NCBI GenBank assembly: GCA_965218235.1
Contig: OZ244595.1
Span: forward strand, 806,561-870,560
Direction of reading: 5' to 3'
Length of the DNA stretch: 64,000 nucleotides
Source: Thermomicrobiales bacterium
GTDB lineage: Bacteria > Chloroflexota > Chloroflexia > Thermomicrobiales > UBA6265
In this document: positions 1 to 8,743 of the stretch, piece after piece
Numbering within the stretch: the stretch's first letter is position 1
Layout: every line of letters starts with the position of its first letter
Made by a program: the position numbers and the translations under genes
The notes under the pieces: model-generated
What the model was told of the DNA's origin: nothing
What the model saw: only the letters and a program-made list of their open reading frames with translations
Databases searched by the model: none

Positions 1-533
1 CTGGTCTGGACGATCGACCCGGCCAGGAGCTGGGACGCGACGGGGGACGACTGTTCAACTGGCTCGACGATCGAGAGTCCGACGGCCCGAGCGGGCAGGT
101 TTGCCGCGAGATGGACGCGACCGGCGCGGTGATCTCGGGCCGGCGGACGTTCGAACTCGCCGGGCGCTGGCAGGGCGACCATCACGACGGCGTGCCGATC
201 TTCGTCCTCACCCACCATGTGGACGACGGGGACGTGCCACCCGGCCAGGCGCGATTCGTCACCGATGTCGAGCGCTGCGCCCGTGAAGCCCGCGCGGCCG
301 CCGGGGACCGTGCGGTCATGGTCCACGGGGCGAGCGCGGCCCAGGCGCTTCTCCGAGCCGGGCTCATGGACGAGATGGAGATCCACCTGGTTCAGGTCCT
401 CCTTGGGGACGGCCGGCGGCTGTTCGACCATCTCGGGGGTCATCGCATCGAGCTCGACCTCGTCCGACGGCTCGAAGATCGAGACGTGACGCACCTCCGT
501 TATCGCGTCCATCGCCCCAAGGAGTCCGCATGA
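1..533 (+). CDS. RibD C-terminal domain (dihydrofolate reductase-like) protein, 5' end outside window
   Basis: The frame of ORF 111..533 stays open back to nt 3. It aligns by eye with the paralog at 1284..1913 (VPIFVLTHH / VPVVVVTHE; LMDEMEIHLVQVLLGDGRRLF / LLDEVAVDLVPVVMGKGRPYF). Its stop overlaps the next start (ATGA, 530-533). Confidence 0.7.
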   Translation, partial: GLDDRPGQELGRDGGRLFNWLDDRESDGPSGQVCREMDATGAVISGRRTFELAGRWQGDHHDGVPIFVLTHHVDDGDVPPGQARFVTDVERCAREARAAAGDRAVMVHGASAAQALLRAGLMDEMEIHLVQVLLGDGRRLFDHLGGHRIELDLVRRLEDRDVTHLRYRVHRPKESA

Positions 534-958
534 AGACGCTCTTCGTCGGTTACCGCGTCACGGATCTGGACCGCTCGCGCGATTTCTACACCACGCTGGG
601 CTACGTCCCACTGGGCTACGTCGAGACAGGTAGCGCCGCGGGCGGCGACGAGGGTCGCCTCATGATGCTCAAGTTCCCCGATGAAATGTCAGCCTCGCTC
701 GAATTGGTCCACCGTCCCGGCGACGGACGCGTCGAGGTGGGGAGCGGTTTCGACCACCTCGCGATCCAGGTGGACTCACTGGCCGCCACCCTGAAGAGGC
801 TGATCGAGGCCGGTCTGGAGCCGGAAGCTGTCCAGTACCCGGCGGGACCCCACGGCCCGAAGACGTCGATGCTCACCGACCCGGACGGTTACCGGATCGA
901 GCTGGTGGAGTGGCCGCCCGGACATCCCGACGGCATCACCGCGGCGGACTTCTCCTGA
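530..958 (+). CDS. VOC / glyoxalase-bleomycin resistance family protein
   Basis: 142-aa ORF with N-terminal GYRVTDLDRSRDFY and C-terminal LTDPDGYRIELVE motifs typical of the glyoxalase-I-like fold. Translationally coupled to the upstream gene. Confidence 0.75.
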   Translation: MKTLFVGYRVTDLDRSRDFYTTLGYVPLGYVETGSAAGGDEGRLMMLKFPDEMSASLELVHRPGDGRVEVGSGFDHLAIQVDSLAATLKRLIEAGLEPEAVQYPAGPHGPKTSMLTDPDGYRIELVEWPPGHPDGITAADFS

Positions 959-1283
959 GGCGATCACGGTGAGTCGAGTGACGAAGTCCGCCGTCGGTCA
1001 TCGCGGAAGCGAACCAGAGCCGTGCGGGTTCAGCCACCTGACCAGCTACGTTGGAACTGGCCGCGCGCATTACCGTCGACAACGATGCCCGGCGTGGTCG
1101 CGGCAGCGGCGGCCTGATGACGTGGACCGCGAGATCGAGGAGGTCGACACGCTGAACGTCGAGGCAGGCAGAGCGGCGCACCTGTACCGCGTCGCCACGG
1201 GTGACGCCCTCGCCCTGGTCGAGTGAAACGCCCCTTGTCGGGGTCGGCGAGGCGATTCCATCTTTGCGTTGAAGGAGGATGAC

Positions 1284-1913
1284 ATGGGAAAAGTCGTATC
1301 GTCGGCGGCAATGTCACTGGACGGCTACATCGCGAAGGACGACAACACGATCGGTCGATTGTTCGACTCCCTGCAGAACGGTGACGTGGAGGACTCCACG
1401 GCGTCGGAGGGCATCACGTTCCACCAGACCCCCCAAAGCGCCGACTACCGGCGCCGGTGGATGTCTGGGCTCGGTGCGCTGGTCTGTGGGCGGACCCTCT
1501 TCGATTACACCGACGGGTGGGGAGGACGGCACACCATGGATGTGCCGGTCGTCGTCGTCACCCACGAGGTGCCGACCGACTGGGTGGAGGCCCATCCGGG
1601 CGCCCCGTTCCACTTCGTCACCGGTGGCGTCGCGGAGGCGGTGGCCAGGGCCCAGGAGATTGCCGGACACCGCACCGTAGCGATCAGCGCCGGTACGGTT
1701 GCTCGGCAGTGTCTGGAACTCGGGCTGCTCGACGAGGTCGCGGTCGACCTGGTGCCCGTTGTGATGGGGAAAGGTCGGCCCTACTTCGGCAGTCTCAGCA
1801 TTGAGGATGCCCTGCTTGGCGATCCGACGGTTTGCATCCAGGGAGATCGGGTCACCCACCTGGTATTCCCCGTGATCCACACCGACGCCGCGGACGCCGC
1901 GGTCCAGAGCTAA
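1284..1913 (+). CDS. RibD C-terminal domain (DHFR-like) protein
   Basis: AGGAGG lies a few nt upstream of ATG 1284; the track start at 1269 would translate the RBS. Motifs AMSLDGYIA, VVVVTHE and VMGKGRPYF. Paralog of 1..533. Confidence 0.75.
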   Translation: MGKVVSSAAMSLDGYIAKDDNTIGRLFDSLQNGDVEDSTASEGITFHQTPQSADYRRRWMSGLGALVCGRTLFDYTDGWGGRHTMDVPVVVVTHEVPTDWVEAHPGAPFHFVTGGVAEAVARAQEIAGHRTVAISAGTVARQCLELGLLDEVAVDLVPVVMGKGRPYFGSLSIEDALLGDPTVCIQGDRVTHLVFPVIHTDAADAAVQS

Positions 1914-1936
1914 TCGAAGGGCGGACCGGCGGACTA

Positions 1937-2347
1937 ACGGACCCGCTGATCTGCTGCCAGCGCCTGTTCGACCTTACCCGAGGATGGGAGGCGATCATCC
2001 GACCGGCGGGTGTCCCGGTCTTCGTTGTGACGCAGTCCACCCCAACGGACTAGCCCTACCCTGAGGCACCGTTCATGTTCGTAACGGACGGTGTCGGGAG
2101 CGCCGTCCGGCAAGCTCGCGCGGTGGCAGGGGGAAAGGATGTCAGCATCGCGAGCCCGGCCATCACCCAGCACTGTCTGAACGCTGGCCTGCTGGACGAG
2201 ATCGTGGTCGAACTCGTGCCGGTCCTGATGGGTGAGGGCATCCGGTTCTTCGACCACCTGGCGGCCGCGCCGATCCGGCTCACGGATCCGGACGTCATTC
2301 AGGGCACCGGCGTCACCTATCTCCCGGAGCAGGTTCTGCGATCCTGA
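1937..2347 (+). pseudogene. Decayed third RibD_C (DHFR-like) paralog: 5'-truncated, with an in-frame TAG
   Basis: ORFs 1832..2053 and 2075..2347 share one frame, separated only by TAG at 2051-2053. The read-through text VFVVTQSTPTD*PYPEAPFMFVTDGVGSAV aligns with VVVVTHEVPTDWVEAHPGAPFHFVTGGVAEAV of the upstream gene, so the stop replaces a Trp codon (TGG to TAG). The first ~70 residues of the family are missing. Confidence 0.7.
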
Positions 2348-2372
2348 CGCGGTCCTGGACGAAGCATCATCG

Positions 2373-2417
2373 ACGTCACCGCCAACCACGTCACCGCCAA
2401 CGACATCACCGCCAACG
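2373..2417. repeat. Three tandem copies of a 15-bp unit (ACGTCACCGCCAACC / ACGTCACCGCCAACG / ACATCACCGCCAACG)
   Basis: Read directly from the sequence. Intergenic, just upstream of the RBS of the 2448 gene. Confidence 0.9.
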
Positions 2418-2447
2418 TTCGGCCCGAGGCCGAAGAGGAGACTCATC

Positions 2448-2870
2448 ATGGACTGGAAGCTCGAAGTGATCGTCATCCCGGTCTCCGACGTCGACCGCGC
2501 GAAGCGGTTCTACAGCGAACAGCTGGGCTTCAACGTGGACGTCGATCAGCGCATGAGCGAGACGTTTCGGGTCGTCCAGCTCACCCCGCCGGGGTCGGCC
2601 TGCTCGGTCACCATGGGTGACGGGCTCGCCGGCGACATGGTGCCCGGATCGCTGCGTGGACTGCAGCTCGTCGTGGCCGATGTCCCGGCGGCTCGCGCCG
2701 AGCTGGTCGAGCGCGGCGTCGAGGTCGGCCCGGTCAGCCACTTCGAGGACGGCGTGATGCACGACGGGCCGGGCGGCGACTGGAACTCGTTCATCTTCTT
2801 CAGCGATCCAGACGGGAACGCCTGGGCGGTCCAGCAGAAGCCTGCCCAGTCGGCACCAGACGCTCCCTGA
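2448..2870 (+). CDS. VOC / glyoxalase family protein
   Basis: GAAGAGGAG RBS at 2432-2440, ATG at 2448. MDWKLEVIVIPVSDVDRAKRFY and FFSDPDGNAWAVQQ motifs. The longer track ORF from 2232 reads through the tandem repeat and is unlikely. Confidence 0.75.
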   Translation: MDWKLEVIVIPVSDVDRAKRFYSEQLGFNVDVDQRMSETFRVVQLTPPGSACSVTMGDGLAGDMVPGSLRGLQLVVADVPAARAELVERGVEVGPVSHFEDGVMHDGPGGDWNSFIFFSDPDGNAWAVQQKPAQSAPDAP

Positions 2871-3403
2871 CATCGTCCCGGTCGCCGGCCCTCGACTTGG
2901 CACGGGCCCGGGCTGTTATCGTGCCGATCTTGTCCCACTCGATCGGCGCGATGACGATGTAGAGCGATCGGCAATATGCAGATGCCCCGTCCGATCACCA
3001 TGCTGTTTCACCCAGCACTGATGCGGTTCAAGTGGAACCGGTGAAGGACCGGGCCGAGCCCATTGCCGGTCGCTCGCAGTCGTACTCACCAGAGTCATCT
3101 TGGGCGTTGCAATAGCGCTGCCCGAGGAAGGGCAAGGTGAGTAACGCGCTATCAGCCATCGGTCATCCGGTATTAATTGCATTAGAGCGAGGCTCAGAAG
3201 AGTTGTCCTGATCGTGACTGGCCGTTTCCTTTCGCCTGCGGCGATGCCCGGCCATAAATGGACCGGGCTCAGGAACGGCGCGAAGCGTCCCCTCGGACCC
3301 GCCTGATCTTGAGAACGATGAGCCGATAACATTTCTGAGAGCTACTGTAGTTGACGGCGTTCCAACTCATTGTCGTCAGATTGATGGAAGAGGACAGTCC
3401 CAG

Positions 3404-4282
3404 ATGACACAAGACTCTAACAATCGATCGTCTCCGCGTTGGAGAGATGTTGGTGCCAAGCAAGATCCGATTCGTCTGGGATGGATCGGAGTGCTCTTAG
3501 CAGTCGCGGCCCTAATCGTAGCTGGAATAGCGGCTACGTTGGCTAGTACGCCGACTCCTTTGGAACTGGACGGGTTAACCGGGACTCCGGATGTTGATGC
3601 CAGGATCATCCAAACGCAGATCAGTCAACGTAGTGAGGATCGAGTGTTCGAGTTATCCGTCTGGTCACTTGGTAGTGTCGTAACGGCAGCCACTCTCCTC
3701 GTCGCCTTTAATTTCTTTCAGAATAGGACTGCGTCGGAGCGTGAGCGGCAGGCTTTGGATCGCACTATTGACGATGCCGTTGGGGATCGGTTCTCAGATC
3801 AGCAGCGAACCGTTCGAGAGTCTATGAGTCGTATAGAAACCAGTCTCAGTTCAGAAATCGACCGGATCGACAGGAAAGTTGATCACAACCGACAGCTTCA
3901 GACGGTCGACTGGAACGGTCATGAGGAAGCGTTGACGCAGCACAGTCGGTCACTGAGGGGCAACTTGGATATTTCGAAGACACAAATTTTCGATCTCGAG
4001 CGCCGTCTGATTCTGGAGGGTAAGTTGTCGGGATCAGCAGCTGACGTAAGCGCCAAGCGAGTAATGAGCTCCCAATCTGGGATCACGATAGGAGGTGTTC
4101 CGATTCAACTTCAACTTTCGCTTGACCATCTCCGCGCCGACTTGCAATCAGGGCACAAACTGGAGGCTACCTTAATCTACCGAATGGCTGAAGCTGTTAA
4201 TCCTGTCCCTGATCAGATCAAGCCTTTGTGGGAAGAGATATACGAGCTGATCGACCAACAACGAACGCGAGATTCGAATTGA
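3404..4282 (+). CDS. Hypothetical membrane protein with two predicted TM helices and a long charged, coiled-coil-like C-terminal region
   Basis: GGAAGAGGA RBS 9 nt before ATG 3404. Hydrophobic stretches WIGVLLAVAALIVAGIAATLA and VWSLGSVVTAATLLVAFNFF. Q/R/E/S/D-rich remainder. G+C is about 50% by hand count of one 60-nt line, versus about 77% in one core-gene line. No family recognised. Confidence 0.6.
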   Translation: MTQDSNNRSSPRWRDVGAKQDPIRLGWIGVLLAVAALIVAGIAATLASTPTPLELDGLTGTPDVDARIIQTQISQRSEDRVFELSVWSLGSVVTAATLLVAFNFFQNRTASERERQALDRTIDDAVGDRFSDQQRTVRESMSRIETSLSSEIDRIDRKVDHNRQLQTVDWNGHEEALTQHSRSLRGNLDISKTQIFDLERRLILEGKLSGSAADVSAKRVMSSQSGITIGGVPIQLQLSLDHLRADLQSGHKLEATLIYRMAEAVNPVPDQIKPLWEEIYELIDQQRTRDSN

Positions 4283-4302
4283 CAAGTCGGAAGGCCCCTT
4301 AA

Positions 4303-5508
4303 CTAATCCCTCTTGGACCCGTCCTGGTTGGCCTCCCGGCGGAGGGCGGCGTAGCTCTCGTAGCGCTCCCGGCCGATCTCGCCCCGATCGGTCGCGGCGA
4401 TGACGGCGCAGTCTGGCTCGTCGAGGTGCTCGCAGTCGTCGTAGTAGCACTGCCCGAGGACGGGCCGGAACTCGGGGAAGCACTCCGGCAGCTGCTCGCC
4501 CGCGACGGCGCTCATCGCCAGCGACCGCATCCCCGGCGTGTCGGCGACAAAGGTCCCCGGTGCGATCCTGTAGAGCTGCGTACCGATCGTCGTGTGGCGG
4601 CCCTTGCGGTTGGCGGCCGATACGTCGCCGATCAGCCGCTCGCCCGTCGGGTCGATCGCGTTGAGCAGGCTGGACTTGCCGACGCCCGACGGCCCGGCGA
4701 TCGCCGTGACCTTGCCGGTCAGCGCCGCCCGGAGCGCGTCGACGCCGTAGCCGTCGGCGACGCTGAGGAAGTGGAGCGGGTAGACGTTCCGGTAGTCCCG
4801 AAAATGCTCCTCGGCCAGCACCCGGGCGCCGTCGAGCCCGATCGGCTGCCCGTCCGGTCCGGGGTCGGCGGCGGCGAGGTCGAGCTTGTTGATCGCGATC
4901 CGGGGTGGGAGGTGCTGCGCCTCGGCCAGGACGAGGAAGCGGTCCAGCATCCGCAGGTGCGGCTCCGGGAAGCGAAGCGAGAAGAAGAAGATCACCTGGT
5001 CGCCATTGGCCAGGATGACCTGCTCGATCGCCTCGGCGCTGCGGGTCGGCCGGGACAGCACCCCGGTCCGCGGCGCCCGCCACTCGATCTGCCCCTCGTT
5101 CTCGCCGACGTCGATCACCGAGACCTGGTCGCCGACCGCGATCGGGTCGGTCCGGAGCCGGAACCGCTTGAGGCTGCCCTTGATCGTCGCGAGCAGCACC
5201 CGCGGCTCGCCCGAGAGCTGGACGTCGTACCAGAGCCCGTAGGACCGCAGCACCACGCCCGGAACGCCTCGCGGCGTTCGCCGGCCGAGCCCCTCGTCCG
5301 ACCCGGTCGCCGCGTCAACCCGGGATGGGACGTCCGTCATCGCCTGCCGGACGACGGCGCGGTCCGAGGAATCGGCGACCGAACCGGTATCGCTGATCCG
5401 TTCGCTCGAACTGAATCCGGTACCGGGAGCTATTCCGGTTCGAGCGCCGCCGCGGCCGATCGTTCCAGTCTGCTGGCGTCTGCCGCCTCGTCGTCCACGG
5501 TCCGTCAC
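4303..5508 (-). CDS. rsgA: Ribosome small-subunit-dependent GTPase A
   Basis: Circularly permuted GTPase signature NKLDL ... GPSGVGKSSLLNAI ... GRHTT ... ADTPG, plus the C-terminal zinc-finger CYYDDCEHLDEPDCAV. The start is uncertain: GTG 5508 or ATG 5340. Confidence 0.85.
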   Translation of the reverse strand: MTDRGRRGGRRQQTGTIGRGGARTGIAPGTGFSSSERISDTGSVADSSDRAVVRQAMTDVPSRVDAATGSDEGLGRRTPRGVPGVVLRSYGLWYDVQLSGEPRVLLATIKGSLKRFRLRTDPIAVGDQVSVIDVGENEGQIEWRAPRTGVLSRPTRSAEAIEQVILANGDQVIFFFSLRFPEPHLRMLDRFLVLAEAQHLPPRIAINKLDLAAADPGPDGQPIGLDGARVLAEEHFRDYRNVYPLHFLSVADGYGVDALRAALTGKVTAIAGPSGVGKSSLLNAIDPTGERLIGDVSAANRKGRHTTIGTQLYRIAPGTFVADTPGMRSLAMSAVAGEQLPECFPEFRPVLGQCYYDDCEHLDEPDCAVIAATDRGEIGRERYESYAALRREANQDGSKRD

Positions 5509-5828
5509 ATGTCAACCACGGGAATCCGTCCCCGAGGAGAGTGGCAAGACCCACCGAAACGCCTTCGCGGCCCCAACTGATGGCCCGCGGCTGGCGGTCG
5601 GTGGGTCGCTGTCGCCCGACAGGCGCACGCTCTCCGAATCTGTACGAAGGGTACTACCGATCGCCGTTGCCCATCGCCAGAATGACGATTCCGGCCGGAG
5701 ACTGGCGTTGCCGGGGCGGTCCGGTGACGGTCGGACGGCACTTCGGTGATACTGCCGGTGCCGACGACCGGGACAGAGTGGGTCATGCCGTCGTGCTGAA
5801 CGGCGAGCGGGGATCGGGGAGGGGCCGG

Positions 5829-6818
5829 ATGGCGGGCGGGAAGAGCGGCCGGTTGCCGCGCGGCGCTGACGCCTCGCCGGTCATCATCGCGGCCGCCGTC
5901 AATGGTGGCCGGGACCGCCGCGATCACCCGGCGATCCCCTACACCCCCGAGGAAGTCGCGGCCGAGGCGATCGCCTGCGTCGACGCCGGCGCGAGCATCG
6001 TCCACATCCACGCCCGGGGCCGCTACGGCGCCTGGTCGGCGTCGCCCGCCTGGTACTCCCACGCGATCCGCCGGATCCGCCACTACCGGCCCAACGTGCT
6101 GATCAGCCTGACCTCGATCCGACCCGACACGATCCCGGTCGATGTCATCCTCGGCCTGATCACGACGCTCTCCAACAGCGACAGCACCCGGCCCGACCTG
6201 ATCTCGGTCAACCTTGGCCACGTCATGCTCTGGGAGCCGGTCGCCGCCGGGGACGCCGCCGCCGGCAGGCCGATCCCCCGTCCCGTCCGGGGGATCGGCC
6301 TGCATCGTCGGACGGTCCACTACCCGAACAGCTACAGCGACGTCGTCGCCCTGCTCGATGCCTGCCGGACGCACGGCATCGTCCCGGAACTCGGGATCAT
6401 GGACCTCGGCTTCGTCAGCAACGCCGTGACGCTGCACGAGGACAGGTTGATCGGCGACGAGCCGTGGTGCCTGGTCGAGCTGGACAGCCCGCGCTACGGC
6501 GCCGGCGCGCAGGTCGCCCCGTCCAGCACCGAGGACTATGACGTCCTCACCAACCGGCTCCAGCGCTACCTGCCCGGCGCCCGATGGGCGGCCCACGGCA
6601 GCGGCCGGCCCGGCTTCGCCGTGATCGAGCGGGCGCTGGCGACCGGCGCCCACCTCCGGGTCGGCTTCGAGGACAGCGTCGTCGCGCCGGACGGCCGCCG
6701 CGCCAATGGCAACGCCGAACTGGTTGGCTGGGCGGCTGGCCGCGTCCGGGAAACCGGCCGGACCATCGCCACGGTCGATCATGCCCACACCATCGTCGCG
6801 GCGGGCGTCACGGTCTGA
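5829..6818 (+). CDS. BKACE family enzyme (3-keto-5-aminohexanoate cleavage enzyme-like, DUF849)
   Basis: VIIAAAVNGG ... PYTPEEVAAEAIACVDAGASIVHIHAR ... HLRVGFEDS are characteristic of the family. ATG 5829 is preceded by a G-rich RBS. The track start 5541 adds an unlikely 96-aa Arg/Gly-rich leader. Confidence 0.7.
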   Translation: MAGGKSGRLPRGADASPVIIAAAVNGGRDRRDHPAIPYTPEEVAAEAIACVDAGASIVHIHARGRYGAWSASPAWYSHAIRRIRHYRPNVLISLTSIRPDTIPVDVILGLITTLSNSDSTRPDLISVNLGHVMLWEPVAAGDAAAGRPIPRPVRGIGLHRRTVHYPNSYSDVVALLDACRTHGIVPELGIMDLGFVSNAVTLHEDRLIGDEPWCLVELDSPRYGAGAQVAPSSTEDYDVLTNRLQRYLPGARWAAHGSGRPGFAVIERALATGAHLRVGFEDSVVAPDGRRANGNAELVGWAAGRVRETGRTIATVDHAHTIVAAGVTV

Positions 6819-6950
6819 CCGATAGCCGATCCCGGGTCCATGGCGATCTGGCGCCGCAACGTATCGGCATCTCTCAACCGTCCGTCAATCGCGTGCTCAT
6901 CAATCGCAGCGAGGCGGTCAGCGCCAGGAACGCCGCCCCACGTCCCGACC

Positions 6951-6989
6951 GGGTTCAGCCGGTCGCCAGCATCGCGACCGGCTGAACCC
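6951..6989. terminator. Perfect 16-bp stem hairpin between convergent genes (probable bidirectional terminator)
   Basis: GGGTTCAGCCGGTCGC (6951-6966), a 7-nt loop, then GCGACCGGCTGAACCC (6974-6989). There is no clear U-tract. Confidence 0.5.
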
Positions 6990-7006
6990 GTGCCGTTGCC
7001 GGTGCC

Positions 7007-7453
7007 CTATTCCGCGACGCCGCTCTGCGCGAGCACCCGGCTCGGCCGGAGCCGGACCAGCAGCTCGCCCGCGACGGCGTTGCGCTTCCCGAGCGCCTCG
7101 GCCCGCTCCGCGCCCATGTAGCGGCCCCCGATCCGGGTGGCCCAGCTGAGCAGCTCGTCGGGATCCTCACTGACCTCGGCCATCCCCTCGACCAGCACGA
7201 ACGCGAACGGCAGGCGCTCGTCATCGACCGACAGCATCACCCGGTTGTCCCGCCGGATCGTGCGTCCCTTGACCGTCTCGGCCCCGGTGTTGAAGATCAG
7301 GTCGAAGCCCCACTCGTTGTCAGCCTCGTCGAGCACGTACCAGATCGGGGCGACGTGGGGACGGCCATCAGCCCGAACGGTCGCGAGCTTGCCCGTGCGG
7401 GTGTCCGTGTTCAGGAACGTCCGGATCTCGTCCGGAGCCATCGTCTGCGCCAT
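7007..7453 (-). CDS. Pyridoxamine 5'-phosphate oxidase family (PPOX-class, possibly F420/FMN-dependent) protein
   Basis: MAQTMAPDEIRTFL...GKLATVRADGRPHVAPIWYVLD...VMLSVDDE fits the split-barrel PNPOx-like family. GAAAGG RBS precedes ATG 7453. Confidence 0.7.
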   Translation of the reverse strand: MAQTMAPDEIRTFLNTDTRTGKLATVRADGRPHVAPIWYVLDEADNEWGFDLIFNTGAETVKGRTIRRDNRVMLSVDDERLPFAFVLVEGMAEVSEDPDELLSWATRIGGRYMGAERAEALGKRNAVAGELLVRLRPSRVLAQSGVAE

Positions 7454-7535
7454 GTCGTGGCCTTTCTGTCGCGGGATGGGTTGGCGAACGGGACGGCTTC
7501 TGGCCGGGCGATGGCAATCGCTCTGCCACCGCTTA

Positions 7536-7886
7536 CTAGGTGCTGCCCAGGCGGGCACCGGGCGGCGGCGACTGGCAGGGCTCGATGTGCCAGATCACCT
7601 CGGCGCCGCCGGACAGCACGACTTCCGCGACGAAGTCGGCCAGTTCCTCCCGGGCGACATAATAGTCGTTCTCGTGCGGGATCAGCTCGTCCGACTCCAG
7701 CCGGGTCCGGACGAGGTAGAACGGAGTCTGGGCGGCCCGCGCGTCGGTGAGCGGCGCGCCGTGCCGGTAGTGATAGCGGCTGCCCTGGGCGGCGCTGACC
7801 CAGTCGACGGCGGCCCAGCCGCTGCCGTCCGGGTTGTCCGGCACCCACAGCCGGTCGCTGATCGCTCGCTTCTGTTCCGGCGTCAT
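7536..7886 (-). CDS. Hypothetical protein (116 aa)
   Basis: GGGAG RBS before ATG 7886. It starts 20 nt after the MerR stop on the same strand, so operon placement is likely. No family recognised. Confidence 0.5.
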   Translation of the reverse strand: MTPEQKRAISDRLWVPDNPDGSGWAAVDWVSAAQGSRYHYRHGAPLTDARAAQTPFYLVRTRLESDELIPHENDYYVAREELADFVAEVVLSGGAEVIWHIEPCQSPPPGARLGST

Positions 7887-7906
7887 CGGTCGCTCCCGTT
7901 CACTGC

Positions 7907-8473
7907 TCAGTCCAGCCGGTCGATCACGGGCTGGGCCAGCCCGACGATCAGCTCGACCGCGTCGTTGAAGGCATCGTTGTTGGCTCCAGCCGGCGGGACC
8001 CGGATGTGGAGCTCGATATCCGTGTGCAGCAGGATCCGGCGCCAGGTGTCGGTCTGTGGCGCCACCTGGACGCCGAGCGCCGCTTCGATGTCGGCGTCCG
8101 ACATCTCGCCCAGTCGCTCCCGGATCTCGTCCAGGGGGTGGCGCTCGTCCTTGAGCCGGGCGATCAGCCGGAGCCGGAGCAGGTGGCCGAGGTCGTAGGT
8201 CGCGGATGGGCCACGCCCGTAGGCCGGCGCGAGCAGGCCGCGGCTGATGTAGTAGCGGATCGTCCGCGCCGGGATCCTGGTCTCTTCCTCGAGCTCGGTG
8301 ATCTCGTACCGGTAGCGTGGCACTGGGATCGGCGGGCGGCTCCCCCGGCCGATTGGCGGGATGGTTCGGCTCCGGCCCCGGGTGGTGCTGGCATCGCGCG
8401 CGGACCCGGCCCCGGACTGCGTCGGGCGGATAGGGGGTCGCTCGGTGCCTTCATCGTCGTAATCCACCACCAT
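7907..8473 (-). CDS. MerR family transcriptional regulator
   Basis: The HTH segment YEITELEEETRIPARTIRYYISRGLL is typical of MerR. It has an N-terminal Pro/Arg/Gly-rich extension, so the start is uncertain. Confidence 0.75.
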   Translation of the reverse strand: MVVDYDDEGTERPPIRPTQSGAGSARDASTTRGRSRTIPPIGRGSRPPIPVPRYRYEITELEEETRIPARTIRYYISRGLLAPAYGRGPSATYDLGHLLRLRLIARLKDERHPLDEIRERLGEMSDADIEAALGVQVAPQTDTWRRILLHTDIELHIRVPPAGANNDAFNDAVELIVGLAQPVIDRLD

Positions 8474-8743
8474 GGGCCCACTCCACCGGACCGGCGCTCC
8501 GCTCCTCGCTGGGCTGGCGCCGGGCCGCTCATCGGGGCATGGTGCGTCATGGGCCGGGTCGCTGCAATGTCAGGGCCGGTCGATCGGAGCTGATCGGCTG
8601 CCCGATCGTGAGCGTCATCTCGGGATCGGCACCGCATATGCGTAGCGTTCGGGTGGAGTGATGGATCGCCCGGACGGCGGCTCTGGCGTGGGCGACGGAT
8701 GACGGCGCCCCGCGACGATTGCATCTGAATCGAGGAGACACCG

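Noticed and set aside
2916-3332. 138-aa minus-strand ORF in the low-GC non-coding stretch.
   Set aside because: It has no RBS and no recognisable motif, with a Ser/Arg/Pro-rich composition. It is more likely chance or decayed sequence. BLASTX could reveal a remnant.
5505-6788. 427-aa minus-strand ORF.
   Set aside because: It is antisense to the BKACE-family gene, whose conserved motifs lie on the + strand. Low-complexity Arg/Gly/Asp/Pro content.
8633-8642. Perfect 10-bp palindrome CGCATATGCG in the MerR/BON divergent region, considered as a MerR operator.
   Set aside because: It is not positioned between recognisable -35 and -10 elements with the long spacer expected for MerR-type promoters. 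It is too short to call without binding data.
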